A stretch of 50,406 nucleotides of DNA. It comes from an uncultured Verrucomicrobiae bacterium (GTDB lineage Bacteria; Verrucomicrobiota; Verrucomicrobiia; Opitutales; Opitutaceae). The stretch covers positions 1-50,406 of the forward strand of contig CAVRNM010000068.1 of assembly GCA_963722225.1 (NCBI GenBank), given 5' to 3'. The position numbers and the translations under genes are program-made. The notes beneath the pieces were generated by a model, which saw nothing but the letters and a program-made list of their open reading frames with translations, searched no databases and had not been told where the DNA came from. Shown here piece by piece: positions 1 through 10,246 of the stretch (position 1 is its first letter; every line of letters starts with the position of its first letter).

Positions 1-1
1 T

Positions 2-1417
2 GCGCGCCGCTTCGACTCATGGTATTCTTGCACTTGCCGATGGCGCTTTGACCTCAGCCAGCACCGCCGCTATTCGCTCTCGCCCGAGACCGTCTCCTAT
101 CTGCAGGAGCTCAAGCGGCCGGTGCACATTGTCGTCACGCTGACCCCGGACTCCGACAATGCCGCCGCGGCTCAGGCCTACCAGGACGTGCAGAACCTGC
201 TCCGCGAATACGTCTATATCACCGCGACCAATCATGATTCCGCGGCCGATCGCGACGGCCGCATCCAGGTGGATTACCTCGATGTCTACAAGAACCGGCG
301 CGAAGCCGAGGCGCTCGGGGTCGACCAGCCCGACGTGATCCTGTTTCTCTGCCCCCCTGACAGCCGCCGCACCGTGCGGCTCGTCGAGCTCTATGAATAC
401 GAGCATGCCCGCCCGGTCTCGTTCAAGGGCGAACAGACGATCACCGCCGCCCTCCTCGATGTCTCGAAACCGGAAAAGAGCAAGATCCGCTTCCTGACCG
501 GTCACGGCGAGATGAGTACGGACGACGTTAGTCCGGTGCGCGGACTTTCGGGGCTCCGCGAGGAGCTCCGCCTGCGCAATTTTGACGTTGAAACCCTCGA
601 TCTCTCCATCACCCGCCGCGTGCCGGAAGGCGTGGATCTCATCCTCATCAGTTCGCCGACGGGACGCTTCCAGCCCTTCGAAGAGGAATTGCTGCGGCAG
701 TACCTCACCACCCGCGCCGGCCGGATCATTCTGACGCTCGATTACGGGCGGGAATGCGGCTTGGGCAACCTGTTCTCCGATTGGGGCGTGCGCGCCGACG
801 ACGACGAGATCATCGACACCAATCCCGAATTCTTCGCCGACAATGGCGACCTGGTGATCCGCCGCCTCGGCCTCGATGGCAGCCATCCCATCACCAAATC
901 CTTGGTCGACTATAGTTTTGCGTTGCGCATCAGCCCGCCCCGCTCGGTCCGGCCCGATCCCGACCGGCCGCCGGATCGCGCCCTCAAAGTCTCCATCCTG
1001 GCCTCATCCTCCGCCAGTTCCTGGGGCGAATTCAGCTACCGCGTGCAACGACCGCCCGTCTTCGACGCCGGAGCTGATCTGCGGGGCCCGCTGGGCGTGG
1101 TCGTGGCCTCGGAACGGGTCAGCCCCGGTTCCCTGCCCCTCAGCGTGCCGGGAGGGCGCCTGGTGGTGATCGGAACGGGGGACATATTCTCCAACCGCCG
1201 TCTCGCTGACTCCGGGTGCCAGACGCTCGCGCTCAATGCCATCAACTGGGCCGTGGATCGCGACACCCAGCTTCATTTTCCTCCGCGCCCGATCGAACAT
1301 TTCCAGCTGTCCCTTTCCCAGGAACAGCTCGCCAAACTCCGGCTGGGGCTGCTCTTTGCCTTGCCCAGTGCGGTCGGTCTGCTCGGTCTGCTGGTCTTTT
1401 GGACGCGCCGCCGCTGA
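2..1417 (+). CDS. GldG-like ABC-transporter auxiliary component (ABC_transp_aux family); 5' end runs off the window
   Basis: The frame of ORF 122..1417 stays open back to base 2 (..RFDLSQHRRYSLSPETVSYLQELKRPVHIVVTL..), which is typical of a GldG N-terminal region. It has FLTGHGE and GTGDIFSN motifs and a C-terminal TM helix (LLFALPSAVGLLGLLVFW). A DUF4340-type gene follows, as is usual for gldG loci. Confidence 0.65.
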   Translation, partial: ARRFDSWYSCTCRWRFDLSQHRRYSLSPETVSYLQELKRPVHIVVTLTPDSDNAAAAQAYQDVQNLLREYVYITATNHDSAADRDGRIQVDYLDVYKNRREAEALGVDQPDVILFLCPPDSRRTVRLVELYEYEHARPVSFKGEQTITAALLDVSKPEKSKIRFLTGHGEMSTDDVSPVRGLSGLREELRLRNFDVETLDLSITRRVPEGVDLILISSPTGRFQPFEEELLRQYLTTRAGRIILTLDYGRECGLGNLFSDWGVRADDDEIIDTNPEFFADNGDLVIRRLGLDGSHPITKSLVDYSFALRISPPRSVRPDPDRPPDRALKVSILASSSASSWGEFSYRVQRPPVFDAGADLRGPLGVVVASERVSPGSLPLSVPGGRLVVIGTGDIFSNRRLADSGCQTLALNAINWAVDRDTQLHFPPRPIEHFQLSLSQEQLAKLRLGLLFALPSAVGLLGLLVFWTRRR

Positions 1418-1424
1418 AAAAGAA

Positions 1425-1563
1425 ACTTAAAGGCTGAAGGGCTGATCGACTGAACGCTGCCACCGCCCAACCCACGCCGACCCGCCCGGCATCCACCTTT
1501 GCCCTGACCGTCAACTTCACGAATCGCGCCGCTTCTCCCCGTTTCCGTCCTTCAGCCTTAAGT
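1425..1563. repeat. 15/16-bp inverted repeat pair bracketing the gldG/DUF4340 intergenic region
   Basis: ACTTAAAGGCTGAAGG at 1425-1440 pairs with CCTTCAGCCTTAAGT at 1549-1563 (reverse complement ACTTAAGGCTGAAGG). The spacer is ~108 nt. Confidence 0.6.
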
Positions 1564-1589
1564 CTCTTAGGTTTTCCGCCCTTTTTGTC

Positions 1590-3641
1590 ATGCGCACCAA
1601 AGTCACGCTCGTGCTGCTCTTGCTGAATGTCGTTCTCTTTTTCTCCATCTTCACCTTCGTGCACCGGTGGCGGACCGACGCGTTGTGGGAAGCAAGCCGG
1701 ACCCGCGTGCTCGGTCCGGAGGCCGCCACGATCCAGTCGCTGGAGATCGCCGGCAGCCGCTTCGCCGCACCCATCCGGATCGAAAAAAGACCGGAGGGCT
1801 GGATGATCACCAGACCCACCGAGTGGCCCGCCAACCCGCACGCCGTCAGCCGGATTCTCAGTGAGTTGATGCTGCTCGATCACTTTACCAGCTTCCTCGT
1901 CAAGGACCTTTCAAAGAGCGGCCTTTCGCTGGCCGACTACGGCCTCGACAAGCCCCAGATCACCCTCACCTTCACCGCCGGCGTGGACAATGGCCCCACC
2001 GGGACGGTGACCCCCGTCCCCCTCAAGGCCGTTACGCTGCGCGTCGGGGATAAGACCAAGGTGGGCAACCGCCTCTACGTCCTGTCGCCCGACGGCCAGC
2101 GCATTCACGTCGTGAGCCGCAGCCTGGCCGACAGCCTTGCCCTGACCATGGATCAGCTCCAAGCCGACACCATCTTCAACATCCCGCTCTTCGAAGTGCG
2201 TTCTTTTAATCTCCAGACCGGCGCGCCCGCCAACCTGCGGAGCCGCCTGCGCCGCGATGGGTCGCGCTGGTTGTTTGAAGCGCCCATCCTCGCCCGGGCG
2301 GACCGAATTCAAGTGGAACTCGCCATCAACGCCCTGAACGCGCTTCACACCCGGTCTTTTCTCGACGCCGCAGCGGTGCCCGCGCCCGACCGGACCGGCC
2401 TCAACAACCCCTCGTTCCGTCTCACGCTCGAGGGCAACGGCCGCCGTGAGACCCTGTTGCTGGGCAGTCCGGTGCCGGCCAGTGAAGCCGCCGCCGGCAA
2501 GTCGTCGACGGATGAGCCCCCCCCCGAACCGGCCACGGAGTACTATGCAAAGATGGACGACCGGGCGCCGGTCTTCACCGTCCTGTTCCCCGACCGGCTC
2601 TTTGGCACCCTGCGCAACTCTCAGGAGGAACTGCGGGACAAACACCCGCTCGACTTTGATCCGCGTGCGCTCACCTCGCTCACGCTGGTCGCGCCCAACC
2701 GGCCGGAACTGACCCTCCAGCGGCTGGGGAGCCCCGGACAGCCGCAGCCAACCGATCCGTGGCAGGTCGTCACCCACGCGGCCAACCAGGCGCCCCAAAC
2801 GCTGTCCGCCGAGCTTCCGCTGGTCCAGCGGTTCATCGAGAAACTCAGTTCGCTCCAGGCGCTCAAGTTCCTCCGCGACGCTCCCCAGAACATCGAGCTG
2901 GAGAACTGGGGTTTCAACCGCCCCGAACGTGAAATCACGCTCAACTTCTCCACCAAGGGCGCCTTTGCCGAGGGCGGCTCCACTGCCCTGTCGTCTTCGG
3001 TCACCCTGCTGATCGGCGTCGCCACCGAACGCGACGGTCTCGCCTATGCCAAGCTCGCCAACGAGCCCTTCGTGTACCTCGTCGACCCCGACATCCTGCG
3101 GGAATCGCCGGTGACCGTGAACTATTATCGGAACCGCTTGCTGCGCGAACTCCCCGCCGGCGCCCGGATCACCGGCCTCTCCCTCACGGATGCGACGGCC
3201 CGGACCGAGATCTTTGCCCGTCAACTGGCCGGCGGTGAAACGTGGGCTCAGGCCCTGGCCAAGGAAGCGGAACCGAGGCGGACGGCGCTGCTGGGCCTCC
3301 TGGACCAGCTGGGCAATCTGCGGGCCAAGGATTTCGTCCTCGACTCGTTCCCGCCGACGGTGGAGATCGGCGGAGAAATGCGCCCCTGGAAGTATGCCCT
3401 CGAAGCGACGCTCTCCCTCGTCGGCGGCACGGGAGGCCAGACCGACGCGATCAAATTGTTTTTCACCGAACGCACCGGCGGAGGCACCCAGTTTGCCGGC
3501 TCGCCCGGCTTCAACGTGGTTTTTGAGGCCGACCAAAAGCTGCTCGACGCGCTCTTCAACCTGACGCACGGCCCGCAGGAACCGGTGCCTGCTTCACCCG
3601 CGGCAGCCGCCGTTGAGGCCGCCAAGCCGGCCGGGCAGTGA
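1590..3641 (+). CDS. DUF4340-like protein (GldG-associated), N-terminal membrane anchor
   Basis: 683-aa ORF with an N-terminal TM helix (VTLVLLLLNVVLFFSIFTFV) and a repetitive beta-rich body. It sits immediately downstream of the gldG-like gene, the canonical DUF4340 context. The family call rests on context and architecture, not on a search. Confidence 0.55.
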   Translation: MRTKVTLVLLLLNVVLFFSIFTFVHRWRTDALWEASRTRVLGPEAATIQSLEIAGSRFAAPIRIEKRPEGWMITRPTEWPANPHAVSRILSELMLLDHFTSFLVKDLSKSGLSLADYGLDKPQITLTFTAGVDNGPTGTVTPVPLKAVTLRVGDKTKVGNRLYVLSPDGQRIHVVSRSLADSLALTMDQLQADTIFNIPLFEVRSFNLQTGAPANLRSRLRRDGSRWLFEAPILARADRIQVELAINALNALHTRSFLDAAAVPAPDRTGLNNPSFRLTLEGNGRRETLLLGSPVPASEAAAGKSSTDEPPPEPATEYYAKMDDRAPVFTVLFPDRLFGTLRNSQEELRDKHPLDFDPRALTSLTLVAPNRPELTLQRLGSPGQPQPTDPWQVVTHAANQAPQTLSAELPLVQRFIEKLSSLQALKFLRDAPQNIELENWGFNRPEREITLNFSTKGAFAEGGSTALSSSVTLLIGVATERDGLAYAKLANEPFVYLVDPDILRESPVTVNYYRNRLLRELPAGARITGLSLTDATARTEIFARQLAGGETWAQALAKEAEPRRTALLGLLDQLGNLRAKDFVLDSFPPTVEIGGEMRPWKYALEATLSLVGGTGGQTDAIKLFFTERTGGGTQFAGSPGFNVVFEADQKLLDALFNLTHGPQEPVPASPAAAAVEAAKPAGQ

Positions 3642-3741
3642 CCGGGAGGAAAATGCCGGAGCGACAACCCGCGCCGCCAGCCAAGGGAGGAATGGATCCA
3701 CTGATCACCACGCGGGAATCCCCACCGCCAAAGCCGCGCCC

Positions 3742-6540
3742 ATGAGCCTGCAACGGTCCCTTTGGTTTGCCCTGCGCTGGTGCGCCGCCGGAGCGCTGCT
3801 GGTCGCCCGCTGGGTGGTCTGGCTGGTGCTGATCGCGGGCCTCGGGCTGCAGGTCTGGGTTGTCACGCGCGGCGAGATGGAGCTGCCCGATTTCGCCCTG
3901 CGCGCTTTTGAACGCCGTCTGGCGGCCTCGGAGATCACGGCGCGTTTTGGCCGCGCGATCTTTGATCCGACCGGACGGGTGGTGATCGAGCACGTCCAGC
4001 TTTTTGGTCCCGACCGATCGGTGCCGCTGGTCACGATCCGCGCCGCATACGCCCGCCTGGAGTTCCTGCCGCTGCTGGTCGGCGAGATTCGCATGCACGA
4101 GATCCGCCTCACCGGCGTCGACCTGCGGGTGCCCGCCATGTTGTCTCCCTCCGGCACCGATGAAGCGGTGGTGAGCGACCTCGATGGCGTGTTCCAGGCG
4201 CAGCGCTCCGACTACCACATCGCCGTCTGCACCTTCCGCGTCGCCGGGGTGGCGGTCACCAGCCAGGGGCGATTCCACCTTCCGGCGGGGATCAAATCCC
4301 GGCCCGGTTCAATGCAGCTGCTTGACCTGATGTTCGAACGCTACCTCAGGGCGGGCCGCAAACTCATCGCGCTCCGGCCCCAAATCGAGGCCTTGGAGGA
4401 ACCGCGCCTGCAGTTGACGCTCACCGCGTCGGCGGATGCCGGAGCCCTCGTTGAGGCCGAGCTCCTGGTCGACTCCTCCCATTCCGAAGCGTCCGGCAAG
4501 CTGTTGTCGGGCCGGGCGCGAACGGTGTTCCCGTTGTTGGGCGGCGCGCCGGTGGCCACCGCGGTGACGATCGATGCGGAACAGGTGGCTTGGAAACAAC
4601 AGGCCCAGGTGGCGCGGCTGCATGTCGTTCTTTCGGGCTTGCTCGTCCCCGATCATTTTGTGTTCACGCCGCAGACGGTGCGGCTGACCGCGGCCGGAGG
4701 CAGTGTCCTGGGCGTCCCCTTTGCCGCCCCGGCGGCTGAACTTACGGTGGCGGAGTGGCCCCGCGTCCAGGGCAACGTCGTGCTGTCGGCCGCGGGATCG
4801 CCTCTGGCGGCGCGCGCCGACGTGGAGACCCGGCGGGGCGAAGGGAGAATCGACCTCTCCTCGTCGCTGGCGCCGGAATTGCTGCGCCTCGCGGCCGCCC
4901 GCTTCGGGCTGAAGGCGGCCCGATGGGTGACTTTAAGCGAGCCGGCGTCGCTCCGGGCCCGGATTGATCTCGCGGCGGGTTGGAAACCGGAGCGCGCCGA
5001 AGGCGATATCTCCGTCCGCCACGCCATCGCCCACGGCGTCGCGATCGACGCCGCGGGCGGACACATTGTCTACGCCGGCCACGGCCTCGACGTGACGGAC
5101 CTCACGTTGTTCCAGGGAGACAACGCGGCCTACGGGTCCTATGCGATGGACACGGCCACCAACGAGTACCGTTTTCTACTTCACGGCCATCTGCGGCCGC
5201 TCGACATCTCGGGCTGGTTCACCGGGTGGTGGCCGCGTTTCTGGCGCGGCTTCGACTTCGCGGCGGTGCCGCCGGCGGCGGACGTTGACGTGGCCGGTCG
5301 ATGGGGGACGGCGCAGGAATCCGTCGTCTTCTGCCAAGCCGATGCGGCTCAGCCGGGCATCCGCGGGGTTCCATTTGACCGAGTGCGGACCACCCTTTTC
5401 TTCCGCCCCGACTACTTTGAAGTGTCGGAGTTCAAGGCCGAGCGCGCGGGCCATTCCGGCCAAGGCTCGTTCACCGTCGCCGTCGATTCCGCAAATTCGA
5501 CGTACCGCACGCTGGATTTCAACGCCGCGTCCGACCTCGATGTGGCTGAGTGCGCGCGGCTCTATGGTCCGGCCGGCATCGCGCTGGCTGCGCCGTATCA
5601 GTTTGCCGAACCTCCCGCCGTGCGCGTGGCCGGTCATTTCGACGGCCCCGGCGCCCCGGGCGGACCCCGCACGCAAATGCATTTCACCGTGGCGGCCAAC
5701 AACCGCGGGACGTTGCACGGTTTCCCCCTGGACTCGCTGAAGTTCTCCGCGAACTACCACGACGGCGATCTGGACCTGCAGGACATCGAGGCGGGGTTCG
5801 CCGGCGGCGCCGCCACGGGCTGGGCGCGGATCGAGGGGCCGCGCGACACGCGGGCGGTCGCCTTTGACGCCAAGCTGGGCGGGGCCGACCTGGCCCGCGT
5901 CATTACCCTCATTGATGACCTTCAATCCCCCGGAAAACCGGCGGGCTCCGACCGGCCCGGAGAGCATTTGCTGCGCCGCGCCTCGAACAGCCACCTCGAC
6001 GGCCGGCTGGCCGCCTCCGGCCGGCTCGGAGAACCGTTCAGTTTGCATGGCGACGGCCAGATGACGGTCACCGGCCAGGAACTAGGCGAGATTCATCTCT
6101 TCGGACTGCTCTCCGAGCTGTTGAGCAAGACCCTGCTCAACTTCACCTCGCTGCGCCTCGACAGCGCCCAGGCGAGTTTCCGGATCGACGGCAACAAGCT
6201 GGTCTTTCCGCAGGTCAAGTTGCAGGGCCCGCGCGCTTCGATTGACGCCAAGGGCGAGTATTTGCTCGAAACCAAAACCCTCGACTTCAACGCCCGCATC
6301 TACCCCCTGCAGGAAAGCAAGTTCGTCGTGGCCGACGCGCTGGGCGCCTTGCTCACGCCGCTGTCCAACGTGCTTGAGTTGAAGCTCACCGGGCCGCTGG
6401 GAAAGCCGTCGTGGGCCTTCGCCTTCGGGCCGACCAGCCTCCTGCGCGCCCTCACCCGCCCGCTCAACACCGGGCCGCTCGCCCCAAGCGGAATGCCATC
6501 GCCCACACCGCCCCTGGCCCCGCCGGGAAAATCTCCGTAG
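3742..6540 (+). CDS. AsmA/YhdP-like large membrane-anchored protein
   Basis: I prefer the ATG at 3742 (MSLQRSLWFALRW..) because the ORF-track start at 3613 overlaps the upstream gene. It has an N-terminal TM segment, a long beta-rich body, and a C-terminus (LRLDSAQASFRIDGNKLVFPQVKLQGPRASIDAKGEY..LELKLTGPLGKPSW) resembling AsmA-like C-terminal domains. Confidence 0.5.
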   Translation: MSLQRSLWFALRWCAAGALLVARWVVWLVLIAGLGLQVWVVTRGEMELPDFALRAFERRLAASEITARFGRAIFDPTGRVVIEHVQLFGPDRSVPLVTIRAAYARLEFLPLLVGEIRMHEIRLTGVDLRVPAMLSPSGTDEAVVSDLDGVFQAQRSDYHIAVCTFRVAGVAVTSQGRFHLPAGIKSRPGSMQLLDLMFERYLRAGRKLIALRPQIEALEEPRLQLTLTASADAGALVEAELLVDSSHSEASGKLLSGRARTVFPLLGGAPVATAVTIDAEQVAWKQQAQVARLHVVLSGLLVPDHFVFTPQTVRLTAAGGSVLGVPFAAPAAELTVAEWPRVQGNVVLSAAGSPLAARADVETRRGEGRIDLSSSLAPELLRLAAARFGLKAARWVTLSEPASLRARIDLAAGWKPERAEGDISVRHAIAHGVAIDAAGGHIVYAGHGLDVTDLTLFQGDNAAYGSYAMDTATNEYRFLLHGHLRPLDISGWFTGWWPRFWRGFDFAAVPPAADVDVAGRWGTAQESVVFCQADAAQPGIRGVPFDRVRTTLFFRPDYFEVSEFKAERAGHSGQGSFTVAVDSANSTYRTLDFNAASDLDVAECARLYGPAGIALAAPYQFAEPPAVRVAGHFDGPGAPGGPRTQMHFTVAANNRGTLHGFPLDSLKFSANYHDGDLDLQDIEAGFAGGAATGWARIEGPRDTRAVAFDAKLGGADLARVITLIDDLQSPGKPAGSDRPGEHLLRRASNSHLDGRLAASGRLGEPFSLHGDGQMTVTGQELGEIHLFGLLSELLSKTLLNFTSLRLDSAQASFRIDGNKLVFPQVKLQGPRASIDAKGEYLLETKTLDFNARIYPLQESKFVVADALGALLTPLSNVLELKLTGPLGKPSWAFAFGPTSLLRALTRPLNTGPLAPSGMPSPTPPLAPPGKSP

Positions 6541-6638
6541 CTCCGCCGCTCTCCAGCCATCAATTCCGGGTCGGTTCTTCCCGGCGAAAAATCCTTTGCC
6601 CCGGCCTCGGCCCCACGCCTAGCTTCCAGGTCACCGCC

Positions 6639-9600
6639 ATGACCCGCTCCTCCTCCCCTGCCGCTCACGACTGGCTGAACGGCGCCTCAGTGCTCGGCAG
6701 CAGTGCGCTGGTCCTGATCGGACTGTTTGTGCTGGCGGGTCAGGAGCCGTGGATCAATGCCGTCCTGCCACTTCCAGCCGGCGATGCGCCGATGCGCCTG
6801 GACACCGCGCTGAGCGTCTGCCTGCTGGGTGTTTCGCTACTGGCCCTGGAATCGAGGACCGGCCGTTTCGCCTGGCTGGCCGTGGTGCCAGCCGGGATCG
6901 GTCTCCTCACGCTGGCCCGGCTCGCCGGCGGCCCGAATCTGCGTCTGGATGAGTTGACCGCTCCGCTGCAGAATGCGATCGACTCCGCTCAGCCCGGCCG
7001 GATGCCGGGGCTCACCGCGCTCGCGCTCCTGGCCGCCGGCATCTGCGTCTTGCTGTTCAAATTTCCCCAGCTGGCGCGATGGCGGGCCCTGGTCATTGCC
7101 CTCGGCGCATCGCTGACCATTTCGATCGGACTGGCGCCATTGGTCGGTCGGATGCTCGGACTTTCCGAAGCGTCGGTCCTGCGACCCAGTCCGCTGGCGG
7201 CCGGGTGCTGCGCGCTTGCCGGAGCCCTTCTCCTGAGCTGCCACTGGCGGCGCGAGCTTGACCGTGCCGACGGCGTGCCGGGCTGGCTTTCCGTGCCGGT
7301 CGTGGCAGTCGGCGCCACCCTGACGCTGCTCTTCGCCGCCGCCTTGCGCGATCGCGAAGCGGGGTTTGTCCGGTCGACCACCCAGCTGGCCATCAACAAT
7401 GTCGCCACGGTTCTGAATCTCGAGCTGGACAATGAGGCCCAGGCTCTTGTGCGCATGGCCGCGCGCTGGATGCGGGCCGACCAGGTTACGGACGCCTGGC
7501 GCGACCAGGACGGCGCGGCCTATCGCGAGAATTTCCCGGCGCTGCGCTCGCTGACCTGGATCGGTGAATCCGGGCGGTCCACCTGGATCTTTCCCCGCGC
7601 CGGCAATGAATACCTCCTCGGCTATGATCACCGGGCCGATCCACTGCATCGGAAGCTCATCCAGCAGATGCAGGAGACGGGCCGGCCGGCATTCTCCGGC
7701 CTGACCCAGCTGCCGCTCGGCAGTCCGGGTTTCCTGATGTGCGCGCCGCTGCCCGCACCCGACGGTTCAATCCGCCAGGCGCTTCTGGGCGAATTCTCCT
7801 ACCCGGCCATGATCGAAGCGGTCCAAGGCCGCCTCCGCCTGCCGGCTCTCTATGCCCTCACGATCGATGCCGACGGCCAGCGGGTATCCGAAAAGTTTCC
7901 CGCCGGCCCCGTCCGCCAGGACCTGCGCGAGGAGTCGACCTTCAATCTGTTTAACCAGCGGATTCGCATCAGCCTTTCCCCGGCCGCCGCCACCCTGGAA
8001 CAGGGACGGCGCTACTTTCCCGAGCTGTTCACCACGCTCGGCCTCGGGTTGAGTCTGGTGCTCGGCGCCGTGGCCCACCTGGCCCGGATCGGGGGAATGC
8101 GCCGTCGCGCCGCCGAACAGGCCAACGCCCGGCTGCTGGCGGAAAACGAGGACCGGCGGCGGGCTGAACAGGCCCTGCGGGCCAGTCAGGCGGCGACGCG
8201 CAAGCTCTCGCTCGTCGCCAGCAGCACGGACAACCTGGTCGCCATCACCGACGCCGCCGGCCGGCTCGAGTGGGTCAACGAGAGCGTCGTGCGGCTCTTC
8301 GATTTCAGCCTCGCGGAAATCGTCGGCCGCGCGCTCACCGCCTTGCTGGCCGGACCTGACGCCGATCCAGCGACCGCTTCCCGACTGCACGACGCCCTTC
8401 AGCGCGGAGTTTCGTTCAACGCCGACCTCAGTTGCCAGACGCGCGCCGGCCGGAACTGCCATCTTCACCTCGATCTGCAACCCGTGCGCGGCGAGGCCGG
8501 AGAGGTCGAGAACTTCATCGCGATCATGGTCGACATCACGGCCCGGGTGGAGACGGAACAGCATCTCCGCCGGGCCAAGGAAGAGGCCGACGCCGCGTCC
8601 CGCGCCAAATCGGAGTTTCTGGCGTCGATGAGCCACGAGATCCGCACGCCGATGAACGGCGTGATCGGGATGACCAGCCTGCTCCTGGAAACCCCGCTCA
8701 CGGCCGACCAGCGCGAATGCGTGAACACCATCCGGACCAGCGGCGATTCGCTGCTGTCCATCATCAACGACATCCTCGACTTCTCGAAGATCGAATCCGG
8801 CCGGATGGACCTGGAGCAGCACCCGTTCGAGCTGGCGATCTGCCTGGAAGAGGCTTTGGACCTTTTCGCCGTTCCGGCGGCGGTCAAACGGATCGATCTG
8901 GCGTACTTCGTCCACGGCAATGTGCCGGTGTGGATCCTCGGCGACGCCGCCCGCCTGCGCCAGATCATCGTCAACCTTGTCAACAACGCCATCAAGTTCA
9001 CCCCGAAGGGTTGCGTGTCCGTTGAGGTCAGCCGGACGAGCGCACCCGTCCTGGAGAAGCGGGAAACGCCGTTGCCGGCGCCGTTTCCGGGTTCACGCGC
9101 TCCCATTCCGGCCGGCGACCCCTTTTGGTTGGCGATTGCGGTGCGCGACAGCGGGGTGGGCATCCCGACGGAAAAACGACACCGGCTGTTCCGGCCGTTC
9201 TCGCAGGTGGACTCGTCGACCACCCGGAAATACGGCGGCACCGGGCTCGGGCTCGCCATCAGCCGGCGACTGTGCGAACTTATGGGCGGAACGATCGGAG
9301 TGGAAAGCCAGCCGGGGCAGGGCTCGGTCTTCACCGTGGTGATTCCAACCCAGCCGGCCTTTCCGCCGGGGGAACCGGCGCGCGAAGAACTTCCGCCCTC
9401 GCTGCGCGGCCGCCTGGTGTGGGCGGTGGACGACCACGACGTAAACCGGCATTTTCTGACTTCGACGCTGACCGCGGCCGGGCTCTCGTGCGTGGTGATG
9501 GAGTCGGCCCACATGGCCCGGGTGCAGGTGGGGAGCGGCGAGCCGCCCACCCTGCTGATCATCGACCAGTTCCTTCCCGACGGTGAGGGTCGGCGTCTGG

Positions 9601-10211
9601 CCCAGGAACTTCGCGCGGCCTGGCAGAAGCCGCAGCTTCCCGTGCTCTTGCTGCTGCCGGCCGGCGAGCCCATGCCACGCACCTGGCTGGAGGAACTGGC
9701 TCCGGCGGCGCATCTGCTCAAACCGCTGAAGGCTGCGCCATTGCTGCTGACCATCCGTTCGCTGTTCAGCCCTCCCGTCGTCCGGCCCGATCCGGCCGCC
9801 AACGCCCAGCGGTTGTTGAGCGATGAGATTCCGCTCAAGATCCTGCTCGTCGAGGACAACCCCGTAAACCGCAACGTCGCCCTGAGCCTTCTCGCCCGGC
9901 TGGGTTACAAGGCGGATTCGGTGGTCAACGGCGCCGAGGCCGTCAGCGCCTGTGATGAAGGCAGCTACGATCTGGTCATGATGGACCTGCAGATGCCGGT
10001 CATGGACGGCCTGGAGGCGACGCGCGAGATTCGCCGGCGCCTCGCCGCTGATCGTCAGCCCAGCATCGTTGCCGTCACGGCCAACGCCCTCGTTGGAGAC
10101 CGCGAGATGTGCCTCGCGGCCGGCATGAACGACTATGTCACCAAGCCGCTGAAGCTCGATGGTCTGGCCGCCGCCATCCGGCGCAATTCCCCGCCCAAGG
10201 TGGCGCGCTGA
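6639..10211 (+). CDS. Hybrid sensor histidine kinase / response regulator (multi-TM N-terminus, extracytoplasmic sensor, PAS, HisKA, HATPase_c, two receiver domains)
   Basis: The likely start is the ATG at 6639 (MTRSSSPAAHDW); the track start at 6411 overlaps the previous gene. H-box SHEIRTPMNGVIGM. N/G boxes NLVNNAIKFT and GGTGLGLAISR. The terminal receiver reads KILLVEDNPVNR..DLVMMDLQMPVMDG..TKPL. Confidence 0.85.
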   Translation: MTRSSSPAAHDWLNGASVLGSSALVLIGLFVLAGQEPWINAVLPLPAGDAPMRLDTALSVCLLGVSLLALESRTGRFAWLAVVPAGIGLLTLARLAGGPNLRLDELTAPLQNAIDSAQPGRMPGLTALALLAAGICVLLFKFPQLARWRALVIALGASLTISIGLAPLVGRMLGLSEASVLRPSPLAAGCCALAGALLLSCHWRRELDRADGVPGWLSVPVVAVGATLTLLFAAALRDREAGFVRSTTQLAINNVATVLNLELDNEAQALVRMAARWMRADQVTDAWRDQDGAAYRENFPALRSLTWIGESGRSTWIFPRAGNEYLLGYDHRADPLHRKLIQQMQETGRPAFSGLTQLPLGSPGFLMCAPLPAPDGSIRQALLGEFSYPAMIEAVQGRLRLPALYALTIDADGQRVSEKFPAGPVRQDLREESTFNLFNQRIRISLSPAAATLEQGRRYFPELFTTLGLGLSLVLGAVAHLARIGGMRRRAAEQANARLLAENEDRRRAEQALRASQAATRKLSLVASSTDNLVAITDAAGRLEWVNESVVRLFDFSLAEIVGRALTALLAGPDADPATASRLHDALQRGVSFNADLSCQTRAGRNCHLHLDLQPVRGEAGEVENFIAIMVDITARVETEQHLRRAKEEADAASRAKSEFLASMSHEIRTPMNGVIGMTSLLLETPLTADQRECVNTIRTSGDSLLSIINDILDFSKIESGRMDLEQHPFELAICLEEALDLFAVPAAVKRIDLAYFVHGNVPVWILGDAARLRQIIVNLVNNAIKFTPKGCVSVEVSRTSAPVLEKRETPLPAPFPGSRAPIPAGDPFWLAIAVRDSGVGIPTEKRHRLFRPFSQVDSSTTRKYGGTGLGLAISRRLCELMGGTIGVESQPGQGSVFTVVIPTQPAFPPGEPAREELPPSLRGRLVWAVDDHDVNRHFLTSTLTAAGLSCVVMESAHMARVQVGSGEPPTLLIIDQFLPDGEGRRLAQELRAAWQKPQLPVLLLLPAGEPMPRTWLEELAPAAHLLKPLKAAPLLLTIRSLFSPPVVRPDPAANAQRLLSDEIPLKILLVEDNPVNRNVALSLLARLGYKADSVVNGAEAVSACDEGSYDLVMMDLQMPVMDGLEATREIRRRLAADRQPSIVAVTANALVGDREMCLAAGMNDYVTKPLKLDGLAAAIRRNSPPKVAR

Positions 10212-10246
10212 CATTGCGGCACGGCTCCTCGAGCAGTCCTGCGTGT

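Noticed and set aside
3613-3741. Upstream-extended starts given by the ORF track for the AsmA-like gene (3613), the hybrid kinase (6411), ccoO (24061), actA (35047), actD (29298), ccoS (26110), folD (17425) and the SH3-like protein (16370)
   Set aside because: The extensions overlap the preceding gene or translate repeat or spacer DNA. Internal ATGs give sensible N-termini (signal peptide, TM anchor or conserved first strand).
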